Assembly: GCA_000165345.1 (NCBI GenBank)
Contig: CM000434.1
Span: 544,001 to 608,000 of the forward strand
Length of the DNA stretch: 64,000 nt
Reading direction: 5' to 3'
Position numbers and translations under genes: made by a program. Shown here piece by piece: positions 10,101 through 20,161 of this stretch. The notes below the pieces were generated by a model. That model did not search any database. It was not told the DNA's origin and saw only the letters and a program-made list of their open reading frames with translations. Positions within the stretch are counted from its first letter, which is position 1; every line of letters begins with the position of its first letter.

Positions 10101-12105
10101 CAGGGGATACTGGGTGAGGAATTAGACATGCAATTCGTGAGCAGACGCCTGGAAGAACTACATCTAGAAATCTTTCACCATAATTTCTTGAAAAATAAGA
10201 AATGCAGCATTCAATGCAACTTACAAGTGTGGAGTTTCTAGTTCTTCTCAACATTCCTTTAGATGTCACAGATTGAGCAATTAAAATGATCGAATCATCG
10301 CATGACCACTGTATACTATCTATAAATTGGACGAAATTTGAGGAACTATCAGTTCCAATAGATTTGTCATTTTCTTTATTTGGTGAGCTATCTTTCACAA
10401 CGAATCTTGAAGTTCTTACGGGATTCCTACGTAATAGTGAATTCTCATCCATTGATCCGCTTCCTACATAATCTGAGTCATCATCTGATAGACTTTCAGT
10501 TGGAGATTTTTCAGTAGCTTTTTTTATTGAATTATTCTTTTTCTTGGAATATGAATCACTGTTTATTCGGTCGGAAATATATGTATAAAGATTTGTCTGG
10601 TTATAAATACTTAGATTAGAAAATATCCACATAATAATTGTGCCATCATCAGAAGCAGTAACTAAATCATGTGAATTATTTGCAAATGAAACGTCTGGAT
10701 GTTCGTTGTGCTTTTGTGGCATATTGATCAAATTAATTCCACTCTTAGAGTGGGAATGTTCTAAAGGAATCATGAAAACTAATGAGTATCCTTGCATATC
10801 GTTTTTTTTTTGTATTGAAATAACTTCATTCGAAATATTTTTTCCAGAAATGTTAATTTGTATTTCTTCTGTTGAACTCAAGGACTGTAAAGAGGCACCA
10901 ACTGAAAAAAAGACATAGTTTTTAAGGTTTTCATCGGATGAAGATCCATGGTTAGCGATAGGATTTAAGCAAATATCAAATGCTTTTGGGGATAGTGGAA
11001 ATATATCAATCTTATAAACTGGAGGGGCTTTATAAAATAATGATTGCTCTCTTTCAAATGAACCTGGAGATTTAGATAAGCTTCCATAACGTTTAAAAAT
11101 ACTTTGGAAACTATTTAGTAGAACTTCTGGAAATTCTCTTCGTTTCATTAAAGCTAAATGGTACAAAGATCCATGGATAAAAAGATCAGAAACCTTATAA
11201 ACTGTTATGATTGCATTATCACCTGCAGAAATTAACATTTCAGACTCTTGAAATATATCATCATTATTCAGCTTAATGCTATGTTTTGAATATGCAAATC
11301 TAACAAATGTCAATCTGTCTGTATTTTCAATAATTGCCATTGGAACCCAATCATTTCCATATACCAAAGTTAACAAGAGTTGGCCCTTACCACAACAAGA
11401 TGCTAATAAAGCATTGCAAGAGTTAACATCAAGGTCGATTATATCCCCAGTGTGCTTCCTTACAGAAGCTAAAAGACTTCCCGTAAATGTGTTCCAGAGT
11501 CTAATCATTCCATCATCGCCTCCAGATATTAATACACTTCCTGTTTTATCTCTTTTAATAACATATACGCTTGCCGGTTCTCCTCCTACTCCAAATTCAG
11601 AGTCTTCAATATGTTGATGAGCATATATAAAATTTGATAGGATAAACCTGCCACAAAAGTTAGTTAGAAGATGAGAATATTTCATATTCGAAAGCATTAA
11701 TTTGTCACTAACGCCATGTTTTAAGCTCCTCAAATTTAGATAAGTTGATCTAGAACAGATATCTTTAATATTTTCAATGAAAGTTGAGTGGCCAATCACT
11801 TCATTCTTCAAATATTGAATGGTATTTAAAAAACTATCTTGATTAAAAATTAAATTCTCTGTTCCTACTATATTATTCTTATTAAATTTACACAACTCGA
11901 TAAATGAAGAAAGTAACTTGATAAACCCAAAAATATTATCTTGAAGCCCATTTGTTAGTTCTTCATATGATATTTGTGTTTCAGTGCCATCATAATTTAT
12001 TTTAGTAGGTATTTTCGAAATTGATTTAAACTTTTCAAAAACTCTGTTTGAAACATCGTCAAAACCATATTCTTTTAGGATATAACAAATATAATATGGC
12101 TCCAT
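7141..12105 (-). CDS. 1654-aa WD40-repeat protein with an N-terminal propeller resembling the BRWD/PHIP/WDR9 family. A C-terminal PHD-like zinc finger is present; no bromodomain is recognised.
   Basis: WD repeats such as VYVIKRDKTGSVLISGGDDGMIRLWNTFTGSLLASVRKHTGDIIDLDVN align with the first propeller blades of PHIP/BRWD1. Cys/His cluster CSYCHDYGASILCQGNRCNRQFHYHC. Confidence 0.5.
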   Translation of the reverse strand: MEPYYICYILKEYGFDDVSNRVFEKFKSISKIPTKINYDGTETQISYEELTNGLQDNIFGFIKLLSSFIELCKFNKNNIVGTENLIFNQDSFLNTIQYLKNEVIGHSTFIENIKDICSRSTYLNLRSLKHGVSDKLMLSNMKYSHLLTNFCGRFILSNFIYAHQHIEDSEFGVGGEPASVYVIKRDKTGSVLISGGDDGMIRLWNTFTGSLLASVRKHTGDIIDLDVNSCNALLASCCGKGQLLLTLVYGNDWVPMAIIENTDRLTFVRFAYSKHSIKLNNDDIFQESEMLISAGDNAIITVYKVSDLFIHGSLYHLALMKRREFPEVLLNSFQSIFKRYGSLSKSPGSFEREQSLFYKAPPVYKIDIFPLSPKAFDICLNPIANHGSSSDENLKNYVFFSVGASLQSLSSTEEIQINISGKNISNEVISIQKKNDMQGYSLVFMIPLEHSHSKSGINLINMPQKHNEHPDVSFANNSHDLVTASDDGTIIMWIFSNLSIYNQTNLYTYISDRINSDSYSKKKNNSIKKATEKSPTESLSDDDSDYVGSGSMDENSLLRRNPVRTSRFVVKDSSPNKENDKSIGTDSSSNFVQFIDSIQWSCDDSIILIAQSVTSKGMLRRTRNSTLVSCIECCISYFSRNYGERFLDVVLPGVCSRIACLIPHPVSPGIVLSLTYNGVIFVISNSKLNQLNDFKFKNNSNILFEHKNTKNPYLNGVWIKNGLSFVVSQKYGSFEIYDICNKGDLNQQVLNQTYRYSFPEQFFLNDFSEILRDDTFGWIDQNLRRPIYTIPRSVIVDRNKRMYPEDIQPPIPMFSSLGNKTSKNNTRNELLNSRIPFYPQLDKTLSTYKILNLNSEIYLEKAKKRSIYRKKMLEIDKNPLNGSPTVSNNSNAFQSRNTISNINEELTWVSSQTNNDETSSVEAQSYSSDFSNDEDFDINNSSTTNTNRRLRMISRRSPSISDTGSSSSSDDSSLGENDYDSDLTSEDSLYNEIRGSKSITRSRRKIKNRLINVQDSDSEVVPEIEFRYYAFSNLDTIWMPDSEEQEVNNLLVCKLCKKSSTTVIGYKYLIKSEIEFNSHNIRPILHGVNGSIDLGPLIGPFDYFYSTHRPERNAKFIQENDNFGEGSFYLHSRCLITIPFLQWELINDQVYTNLFDIMRRVYNPSQGTPPLPKDGLSSTFFDSKIVKFPKLIGTCSYCHDYGASILCQGNRCNRQFHYHCTALAYHSFPESVNSSFISPRESNMYWCDIMQFYLFFCPKCIYLKQSNVPYCPKRENMINNTGHNHCNRSWLLADEVSAGYVPQVNDYLYFFPNAYICSGLDDIFFKNMLEIATENKRLPRRSNRKFEFIKCKLINISYAFPSDTEHSIKAILTFLTELTSGKHVYWQIRCAPNDGPDYLVLEDEVEKGIHNLEHRLRVGQENHIFIDNQWHEILIRNIKQNFIWESIEVTWKQEESNNNSLMVSPWEIYETVPDKKSLPNNLEASNDLIKIFCWMTTQNGQNNPLSVVEFFKYPIPFFSKKNISKNGFSNQEWVMHYWKEIPLPFSFTSIINRIRNNYYRRLESLVFDIFLVRSNCEHFNINNNNLVQGIRSIEYELLRLIFSKRLPRYIIQTNTNILLQEIGLEDRIKVIDSSNIDSDEEIINRIGKRTRRRL

Positions 12106-12627
12106 GTATGATGAAATTTGAAAATGACATGAATTTTAACCAGCCATTTATTTTTTATTCATTATATTTGCTAAGCTATGTATTGTGAGAAATAATTATT
12201 AGCGCCCTAATAGTTAATCGTGATGTCAATAATAAGGACAGAATTATACATAAAACTAAATGGTCCAAAAAGTATGATTGGAGATCATATGACCGAGTCT
12301 TTAGTTCAATAGTGATATATAAATTTTAGTTTGGCATACAGACCTATTCGGCAAACAATTATCAAGCACTAATCAAACCTAGCAGAAATAAGATAAAAAA
12401 AAACAATAATTGGAGAATTAGTATTAATCTATCTAGAAATATTTCCTATTCCATACCTAAATAATATTTTGAGGGAATATGTTGTAGAGTCTTAATTGTT
12501 AGGTTCGCTTTCTAGATTTCTCCAGTAAATCAAAGCAATATTTTATTTTTAATTTTACAAACATGGCTTCCAACTAGGTAAGTTTATTTGTAAATTAATC
12601 AAATCTAATTAGTTGATTATCTCCACT

Positions 12628-13536
12628 TTAGTAGGAGACATTCATAGTTCCTTGGCTAACAGACTGATAGATGAATTTGATTGAGCTTGCATCGACCTTA
12701 ACAACACCCAAAGATTTTTCATTTACCTTGAGTTCTACTGATCCGCCTGAACTTGGCACAAGAACAAAATTAATAGAACTGCCCAAATTAATACCGGCTG
12801 GAATTTTCCCTCTACCTACAAAGGATCCAGATGATGTTGCGAGCCATTCTTGCTTCGTAAATGCAACTTCGAGAACTGGAAGTTTGTAAATATTGCTGTA
12901 TGTAGAGATGTAGAAGCTGAAGTAATCATCTGGAATGCTTGATGGCAATTCGGCTCTAATAGTAAGATTTTTTGTAACTCCATTAGACATGCCTACTAAA
13001 CTAGAGTTATTACATGAGCCTGATGAAGCAATTGAGCAGAATCCAGTTTCAGTTGTTGAATACTCCAAAAACTGTAATGTTGGAGCGCTTCCATTACTGT
13101 CTGATGTCAACATAAACGGAGCAGCGACCAATAGTGGGATTTCTAAAACTTTACTTCCAGCAATGAAAATTGCAAGTGATTTTTCTAAAGCAACCAAATC
13201 AAACGAAATGGTAGATCCCGTATTGTATTGACCATTCTTGTAAAGTGAATATGCTCTTAATGAAGCTATGCCACTTTCAATGGAACATGAGTCCACACCG
13301 AATCTTAATGTTGCAATATTCTGGAATGAAGAATTTGTCAATTCTAACGATGCAGATGGTAAAAGAACGACAGAAACACGGATAGCATCGCCTGGTGTCA
13401 TGCCACCTTCAATGAATGAGTACGAAGCATTCAAACAACTAGCTCCTTTTTTAAGAATGCAAACTCCATTTGCTGAAACCAAAGAAATGAAATAAAGTAT
13501 GCAAGCAATGAATATCGAGCTCCTTGCACCACTCAT
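12628..13536 (-). CDS. Hypothetical Ser-rich secreted protein (302 aa)
   Basis: ORF with N-terminal signal peptide (IFIACILYFISLVSANG) and no other recognisable domain. Confidence 0.45.
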   Translation of the reverse strand: MSGARSSIFIACILYFISLVSANGVCILKKGASCLNASYSFIEGGMTPGDAIRVSVVLLPSASLELTNSSFQNIATLRFGVDSCSIESGIASLRAYSLYKNGQYNTGSTISFDLVALEKSLAIFIAGSKVLEIPLLVAAPFMLTSDSNGSAPTLQFLEYSTTETGFCSIASSGSCNNSSLVGMSNGVTKNLTIRAELPSSIPDDYFSFYISTYSNIYKLPVLEVAFTKQEWLATSSGSFVGRGKIPAGINLGSSINFVLVPSSGGSVELKVNEKSLGVVKVDASSIKFIYQSVSQGTMNVSY

Positions 13537-13685
13537 TTTGTTTTATATTAATAACTACCAATTATAATAGAGCTCAAATTTATTATTTGGTGCAAATATT
13601 TTTGAAATGAAAGTGATTTCTTCTTGACTTTATGCCTAGAAACTGCATGCGCAAGTCCACGTTATGTCTAAAACCTGCACCCTGT

Positions 13686-13694
13686 TTTGGCGCC
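13686..13694. promoter_or_regulatory. E2F-like GC box TTTGGCGCC in the divergent promoter between 12628-13536(-) and 13959-15764(+)
   Basis: Isolated GC-rich motif with a GGCGCC palindromic core in an AT-rich spacer. The same motif class recurs in many promoters of this window. Confidence 0.4.
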
Positions 13695-13958
13695 AGATTG
13701 TATTTTTTTAAAATTATTGCATTGTACTTCAACATTCGAAAATAATACTTTATTCCGCTCGCTTTTCACGTCATTTATGTTTGAAATAATTTGCTTGTAA
13801 TTAGAAATGCCCATTTAATTAACGAATTCTAAGTTTGATCCGCATAAAATCTTATTTTCTATAAATTTTAGATTGTTTAGTTAAACGTTGAGACTTGATT
13901 AAAAATAAGTACCGCGTGATTTCCATTAGGAAAAAAATTTGACTTTTTCTGCTATGAT

Positions 13959-15764
13959 TTGAAAATGGAGGACAAACCAAAATGTAATCGTTGGTTCTTG
14001 CTTTTATTGTACTTTTTAATCTCATTTTCTGTATGTGGTTTAGTAGGTTCATTTACTGCTATTTTACCGCTGCTTAGAAAAGCTTGTATGTTTTCAAATC
14101 TATGCAGATGTGACCCAAGTACAAAAAACTACCGAGGCGATGACTGTTTGAATCCAGAATTAAAAGACTTAATATTATTGGAACCACTTTTGAGTCATGA
14201 ATGTGACCCTATAGGTTGTAATTTACAAAATGTTTTACATGTTGATGCCTGGAAGTTTGGTTTAAGTGCTCCGCTAATTGCTAGCCCCATTGCAGGGACA
14301 ATTGCAGATATCATTGGCCCAAGAGCTTTGGGTACCATTGGAACTATATTCGTATGTTGTGGATTATTGATTTGGCTACTACTTACTAATATTTTTGAAG
14401 TTTTGTGGATTGCAAAGTATTTACTTAGTTTAAGCTGGCTTTTTTTGGGAATCGGAAGAGTTTGTATTTCATACAGTATTGTTTCTGTTTCATCACTGTT
14501 TGAGATGCAGTCTCTGGTAATTTCCATTTTGGGTGGCCTTGTTGATGCATCTATTTTATTACCATTGTTAATAGTTAACTTTCAATCAGGTTTGAAGAAA
14601 TCAACTCAATTTGTAGAAAGCTATTCTGATACAAACAAACAAGCTGGAGAAAGGTTATTTATTTATATTTATGTAATTCTCTCAGTGCTTTCACTGATAT
14701 CTCTTTTCCTAACATTGCCTTCTGTAACATTCAACAAGCTTATTCATAAAAAGAAGCTTAGCAAAATTAAACAGTTCATTACTTGCCAAGAAGAAATGGC
14801 AAATGGAAATCAAGTAAGAAAAGACTTTGGAGAGCTAGAGAAATCCACTACTGAAGAGGACATACTAATTACATGCCCAAAAACCGTACAGTTAAGAGCA
14901 AGATCTGAAGTTACAAATGTTAAGATAAAAATTAAATGCTGTAGTTCGGAAGGAGTTGAGTGCGAATCTTCAGCAATGTGCAACCTTAAAGCCTCTTCTG
15001 CAATCATGGGTGGTTACAGTGTGGTCTGCTCATTAGCAAAATGTAGATATATGCTGAAAATAGACAAGATTAGAAGTTTTTCAACTCCTTCAAATATCTT
15101 CAATGTTTTTGACCTTAATGCTAAAAACAGCTTAAATACAATTATTGATAGACCAATATTTGAGCAACTATTTAGTTATGAGTACTTCACATTTATGGCT
15201 TTATTTATATATAACTTTTGGAGATGCTCAATTCTAGTTTCAAAAAGTGAATACATTGTTACATCTGTATTGTATATCAACAAGAGTGTTGGGATAGAAC
15301 AGGAAATGCTTCAAATCATGAATATTTATAACATTATTATGAGCTTAGGAAGTATCTTCAGCGTAATTTGGGGTATTATTGCAACTAAATATGGTGTCAA
15401 TTTTATGATTGGTTTGACCGCTATCTTAGGATGTTTAATACATGTTTTGCTTATATTCATCGATTCACTACCATTCTGGTGCATTTATTTATATTTTTGC
15501 GCATTTTCTGCTCTGAGATCATTCATATTTGGTTCATTAAATTGCTTCATTGGCGATACATTTGGATTTTCAAATTTTGCGAGATTAGCGGGAATACAAG
15601 CCTTTACATGTTTTATTTTTTTTCAGATTATGAATTTTTTAACTTCGCAATACTTTGAAGTAATTTCCTGGGCAAAAGTTAATCAATACTTGCTGATTCC
15701 TAATATTTTTTTATTATCTGTTCCATTTATTTTGAATCTTTTAAAAGCTAAGAGAAATAATTGA
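13959..15764 (+). CDS. Polytopic membrane protein (601 aa), MFS/solute-carrier-like transporter
   Basis: About 10-12 hydrophobic helices (e.g. GTIFVCCGLLIWLLLTNIF, LLIFIDSLPFWCIYLYFCAF). Gly-rich loop IASPIAGTIADIIGPRALG as in MFS transporters. Confidence 0.4.
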   Translation: MKMEDKPKCNRWFLLLLYFLISFSVCGLVGSFTAILPLLRKACMFSNLCRCDPSTKNYRGDDCLNPELKDLILLEPLLSHECDPIGCNLQNVLHVDAWKFGLSAPLIASPIAGTIADIIGPRALGTIGTIFVCCGLLIWLLLTNIFEVLWIAKYLLSLSWLFLGIGRVCISYSIVSVSSLFEMQSLVISILGGLVDASILLPLLIVNFQSGLKKSTQFVESYSDTNKQAGERLFIYIYVILSVLSLISLFLTLPSVTFNKLIHKKKLSKIKQFITCQEEMANGNQVRKDFGELEKSTTEEDILITCPKTVQLRARSEVTNVKIKIKCCSSEGVECESSAMCNLKASSAIMGGYSVVCSLAKCRYMLKIDKIRSFSTPSNIFNVFDLNAKNSLNTIIDRPIFEQLFSYEYFTFMALFIYNFWRCSILVSKSEYIVTSVLYINKSVGIEQEMLQIMNIYNIIMSLGSIFSVIWGIIATKYGVNFMIGLTAILGCLIHVLLIFIDSLPFWCIYLYFCAFSALRSFIFGSLNCFIGDTFGFSNFARLAGIQAFTCFIFFQIMNFLTSQYFEVISWAKVNQYLLIPNIFLLSVPFILNLLKAKRNN

Positions 15765-15832
15765 AATTCCATCTTTGAAAAACGATCGACTATTAATTAT
15801 TTGGTTCCTTAAGAAAAAAAAAGGTTAATTTA

Positions 15833-16696
15833 ATGGAAAATGGGAAAAAATCATTCCAAATAGTGGTTAATTCACTTATTTCTGGAGGCATTGCTGGACT
15901 TTTTGTTGAAACAATATTATATCCAGTGGATGCGATAAAAACGAAGATGCAATATAGATCGTTATGCAAAAATAGTGTGTTATTTTTTAGTACTAGAAAC
16001 TACTACAGGCACATATACTCAGGATTCAAGTATTCGGCATTTGGTTCTTTTATTTCTTCTTCCATTTTTTTCGGCACATTCCATTTTTTAAGTAATTATT
16101 CACCACAAGTGAAATATAAATCTCTAAAAACAATGCAAATTTCATTGATAAGTGAATTGTTATCATCACTGTTTAGAGCTCCCTTTGAAGTGATCAAACA
16201 GAATATACAAGTTAGAAACAAATCGTTTTTGGGACACTTTTACACTAATTATTCATTATTTAGGCATTGCCTTAATTTTAATAAAATAACTGCTAGCCTA
16301 ATCAGAGACATTCCCTTTTCCATTATTCAGTTCTCTCTTTGGGAGAAGCTGAACAGAACAGGAGATGGAGTCTTAGGTGAAAAATGCAACTTTAAAGATC
16401 TATTAAGCGGAATCTCTGGAGGTATAAGCGGTGCTATAGCAGCATTAATTACCTCGCCAGCGGACAATATAAGAACATATATTTTTACTAAGGCAAAGAC
16501 AAGAAGTTCAAATGTCTCGATTCTAAGTGCAATAAAAACGATTTACGGACTTAATGGAATAAAATCATTCTATATAGGATCGTTTCTACGTGCTTTATGG
16601 CTTACCATTGGTGGAATAATATATTTTGGTTGCTACCAACTTTGCAATTCTGCATTGGAAAAAATGTACCACAGTTTTGAAACATTACCTCAATGA
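15833..16696 (+). CDS. Mitochondrial carrier family (SLC25) protein
   Basis: Three carrier repeats with P-x-D/E-x-x-K/R signatures (PVDAIKTKMQ, PFEVIKQNIQ, PADNIRTYIF). Six TM helices in the ORF. Confidence 0.75.
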   Translation: MENGKKSFQIVVNSLISGGIAGLFVETILYPVDAIKTKMQYRSLCKNSVLFFSTRNYYRHIYSGFKYSAFGSFISSSIFFGTFHFLSNYSPQVKYKSLKTMQISLISELLSSLFRAPFEVIKQNIQVRNKSFLGHFYTNYSLFRHCLNFNKITASLIRDIPFSIIQFSLWEKLNRTGDGVLGEKCNFKDLLSGISGGISGAIAALITSPADNIRTYIFTKAKTRSSNVSILSAIKTIYGLNGIKSFYIGSFLRALWLTIGGIIYFGCYQLCNSALEKMYHSFETLPQ

Positions 16697-16697
16697 A

Positions 16698-17687
16698 CTA
16701 AAATAGACTATTTTCTCTGTCAAATAAATATATAGCAATAAATATTGAGTTAACAGCCATCTGACCAAAATATATTCCCCAATTTACATTTCCAAGTATT
16801 TCTTTAATTCCAACGTCGCCCCTACATAACCCAATATGGTCGCTCGACTGGCATCTTTTTACTGTTGAAATAAGAGCTAGTGGTGAAAGTAATGATGTAG
16901 TAAAATTGCTGACCCCATGTTTAAGATGCTTTTTATTATGTGGCTTTGTTTTAGTAGCGAGCAATTTATCTTCCGTGTCTTTCGCACGTTGATAATTAAT
17001 AGATAAATAAGAATATAAACTATTCTTTATTAAATCTTCGGTTATTCTAAAAATAATATGTGCAGTAACACCTTTCCACAAAGAGGTAATACCTTCTTCT
17101 GAATTTACTGAAAGTTGAATTAGTGAATATATCCCTATTACTGACTCTTCAATTTTGTCCTTATCGTCTTGTAACCCAAGATTATAGCGCTTAACGTCAA
17201 AAATTGCCTGTTGTGTAGAAATTACAAGCAAAGGGTATGTGATTATTTCAGAGATATACTTTGCGCTGCTCTTTACATATACTGGTTTTATAAATGAATC
17301 GTGAACTTTACTATGTCTTTTATATACTTTTAAAAGTTGATCATGTAATATTCGTGTAAAATATGAGTGTAAAGTCATAGGTATGAAACCTCTATACAAT
17401 CCCCAATATCCTTCTTCATTATAAATACACCTCAGAGAATCAAAAATAAGTTTTATTCCGCTTAAATTATAAATTATTCCTCTGCTTATCCTTGAACTTG
17501 AAGTTGTTGAATGTGCACTTTCAATGCTATTACTATTTTCTAAATAGCTTTCGAAATAAGGTAAGCACATTGACTTAAGCTGAATTGTGTAAACTGGATA
17601 AATAAGGACTAGTTGAGGGCTATTTAGCACGCCATATAGCCTTAGCAGTTGCCATTGTTCGTTTAATTTTATCTTTGGAAAATTCAT
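16698..17687 (-). CDS. Divergent mitochondrial-carrier-like protein (329 aa). Its stop lies 1 nt from the stop of the convergent carrier gene.
   Basis: Degenerate carrier motifs (IYPVYTIQLKS, GYWGLYRGFIPM, ITYPLLVISTQ, GITSLWKGVTAHI) and a tripartite hydrophobic layout. Confidence 0.45.
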   Translation of the reverse strand: MNFPKIKLNEQWQLLRLYGVLNSPQLVLIYPVYTIQLKSMCLPYFESYLENSNSIESAHSTTSSSRISRGIIYNLSGIKLIFDSLRCIYNEEGYWGLYRGFIPMTLHSYFTRILHDQLLKVYKRHSKVHDSFIKPVYVKSSAKYISEIITYPLLVISTQQAIFDVKRYNLGLQDDKDKIEESVIGIYSLIQLSVNSEEGITSLWKGVTAHIIFRITEDLIKNSLYSYLSINYQRAKDTEDKLLATKTKPHNKKHLKHGVSNFTTSLLSPLALISTVKRCQSSDHIGLCRGDVGIKEILGNVNWGIYFGQMAVNSIFIAIYLFDRENSLF

Positions 17688-17977
17688 TATATATATTTTC
17701 TAAAATAATCTATACCGCTTTTTTGCTCAAGCTGAATTATTAAAAATTCACTCACAATTTGGATTGTTTTAACTGTAAATTTGAATTAGTCAAAATCATG
17801 TCTTGTACTTTGTATTACAACTTTGAATTCCCATATTTATCGCTCCCACCAAAGATAACTAAGCTGAAAATTATTATATATATGTTTTGTTAACAACTTA
17901 TAATGTTTAATTATTGTTCATTCTCCTTTAATTGCTACTGATATTAGCATAAATAATTAATATATAGCTCCTTTTAT

Positions 17978-18017
17978 TTCCGCCTGGAATTGTTTTTTAT
18001 AACTTATCGCGCAAACA
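17978..18017. promoter_or_regulatory. Two E2F-like GC boxes (TTTCCGCC at 17978-17985 and TCGCGCAAA at 18005-18017) in the divergent promoter of the carrier-like gene and the Vps33-like gene
   Basis: GC-rich octamers in an AT-rich spacer, 30-70 nt upstream of the 18047 ATG. Confidence 0.35.
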
Positions 18018-18046
18018 AATCATGAAAATATTTTTAAAAAAAACTA

Positions 18047-20155
18047 ATGGACTTAATTCGACTTAACTGCCGTAAAACATTACTAAGTTTTCTTGAACTT
18101 GTATCAGAAAAAGATAATGAGAATCGATTAGCACCTCAGATTTTCATTGAAACATCAATTTCTTCTTTTCTGAGCTTAATTACTGATATTGTAGACTATA
18201 ATAATTTTGGTTTCAAAAGAATTCAACCTTTAATAATTTCAGAGGATGTTGAGGAAAGATTGGAATCAATTATTTGTGATTTTGAATTCGATTCAAATGT
18301 GAGATCAAATTTCATATATAAATTAAAATGTGTATTTCTATGTCATCCATCACTAAGTTCTACCTGTACCATCGTTAAACACATAGAGTTAATTTCAGCA
18401 TTATTAAAAAAAAATATAACCAAGCAAAAAATTGATGTTTGTTTTTATATTGGTTTTGTTCCTTTTTATTCTAAGGTAATATTACGGCTTCTTCATCAAC
18501 AGCTAGCTTCACTAAAAGTTACTCCAGAATGCTATTCAGTTAATTTATTTTGGGCTCCTATAGATGAAACCTCTCTTTCAATGGAATTTAGGAATATTTT
18601 CTTCGATTTCCACGTATATAAAGAAGAGTCTTCTTTACAATTGGTTGCTTATTCGTTATATTGGTTGTTAAAGTTTACAAACTCGACGAATGTACCGATT
18701 TATTCAATAGGATCTGCAGGAGTATCAGTCTTAGAGCACCTGATACGATGCTTTAAAGAAAATAACTCCCTATCCAATATTCTCAAACCTTTTGATTGGA
18801 ACACACTTTTTGAAACAAATGATGATCGGAATTACAAATATCCGGAGTTCAAACGCTCTGACAAAGACTTATTAACAAATACTCTGGAATTTACTCAGTA
18901 TTATCTTCAAAACTCTAATATTAAAAATTTTCCGGAAGATGATTTGACGAATGAATTTCCGATGGGTTTTGATCAGGTAATAATAATTGACAGAAGATGC
19001 GATTTGGTAACTCCATTTTCAACTCCATTTTCCTACCACGCTCTGCTTGACTTTCTTTTTGGTGTTCAAAAAACTTATGTTGATATACCAACAAAGAAAG
19101 TAGCATCCGACGTTTATGAAGAATCTCCTCATTGGAAACTACCTCTCTTTGGAGACCCACTATTCGCAATATTGAAGGATCTAAAACTTAAAGATGTGGG
19201 AATTTATCTCCACCAAAAAGCGAACGAGCTCCAATCATTATACCAAGAAAAAGAAAAACTTAAGGATATATCTGCGATTGGGGATTTTATTAGAAAATTA
19301 AAAGGTAAACAGCGTGAGCAAGGAACACTTGCTAAGCATGTCAATATTGCTACATATTTAAATGAATACTTCACAAAAGATTGCCAGACTTTGAGAAGGC
19401 TAGAGCTGGAAGATTCAATAATGTCAGATTCTCACCAATCAGTAACAGGTGTTGTCAAGGAACTAAGCACGAAGTTTTCAGAAGCAATCTCATTTAGAGG
19501 GGCGGAGGACTCGCCTCTAGAGGATCTTCTAGATCAGGAAGATATCCAAATAGAGGAAATATATAGATTACTATGCCTTTCGTGCATAATTGAAAATGGG
19601 TTCAAAAATAAAAAAGTTTATGAGCAAATCAAAAAACACATATTATCAGTTTTCGGTTTTGAAGAGTTATATAGAATGAATATTTTGGAAAGAGTTGGAC
19701 TTTTCAAGTTTGATCCAAATAAAAAATCGTACTGGCAACTAATAAAGCGTCTGCTCAATCTTTTTGTTGATGAAAGTGAGTCAGAAAATGATATAAGTTG
19801 TGTTTATAGTGGATATGCCCCGATAAGTACAAGGCTTATAGAAATCCTATGTAGAGAGATGAATAACTCCAAATCAGGTGGTTATGATTCTCTAAAAGAA
19901 GCGCTCAACTATGTATGGGGTCCTAGTGTTGAGCTAACTCCATCGATGCAATCTATGATAAAGCACAATTCGTGTTTGGTTGTTTTTGTTGGAGGAGTAA
20001 CGCTTGGTGAAATTGCAACTCTTAGAAAGCTCCAAGAAATCATTAATAAGGAGATCATTGTTGCAACTACAGAAGTTATTAACCACAAATCATTTTTTGA
20101 ATCATGCAAAAAACCAGAAAGTATGAGCCACCTTAGAAATGAAAATAGTAAATAA
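18047..20155 (+). CDS. VPS33: Sec1/Munc18 (SM) family protein, Vps33-like
   Basis: SM-family core VIIIDRRCDLVTPFSTPFSYHALLDFLFG. Length 702 aa. N-terminal helix similar to Vps33. Confidence 0.6.
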   Translation: MDLIRLNCRKTLLSFLELVSEKDNENRLAPQIFIETSISSFLSLITDIVDYNNFGFKRIQPLIISEDVEERLESIICDFEFDSNVRSNFIYKLKCVFLCHPSLSSTCTIVKHIELISALLKKNITKQKIDVCFYIGFVPFYSKVILRLLHQQLASLKVTPECYSVNLFWAPIDETSLSMEFRNIFFDFHVYKEESSLQLVAYSLYWLLKFTNSTNVPIYSIGSAGVSVLEHLIRCFKENNSLSNILKPFDWNTLFETNDDRNYKYPEFKRSDKDLLTNTLEFTQYYLQNSNIKNFPEDDLTNEFPMGFDQVIIIDRRCDLVTPFSTPFSYHALLDFLFGVQKTYVDIPTKKVASDVYEESPHWKLPLFGDPLFAILKDLKLKDVGIYLHQKANELQSLYQEKEKLKDISAIGDFIRKLKGKQREQGTLAKHVNIATYLNEYFTKDCQTLRRLELEDSIMSDSHQSVTGVVKELSTKFSEAISFRGAEDSPLEDLLDQEDIQIEEIYRLLCLSCIIENGFKNKKVYEQIKKHILSVFGFEELYRMNILERVGLFKFDPNKKSYWQLIKRLLNLFVDESESENDISCVYSGYAPISTRLIEILCREMNNSKSGGYDSLKEALNYVWGPSVELTPSMQSMIKHNSCLVVFVGGVTLGEIATLRKLQEIINKEIIVATTEVINHKSFFESCKKPESMSHLRNENSK

Positions 20156-20161
20156 GAGTCT

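Noticed and set aside
12574-12627. ATGGCTTCCAACTAG followed by GTAAGT on the plus strand, resembling a start codon plus micro-exon and intron
   Set aside because: The putative exon contains an in-frame TAG, and no downstream plus-strand ORF exists. The region is occupied by the 3' end of the minus-strand 12628-13536 gene.
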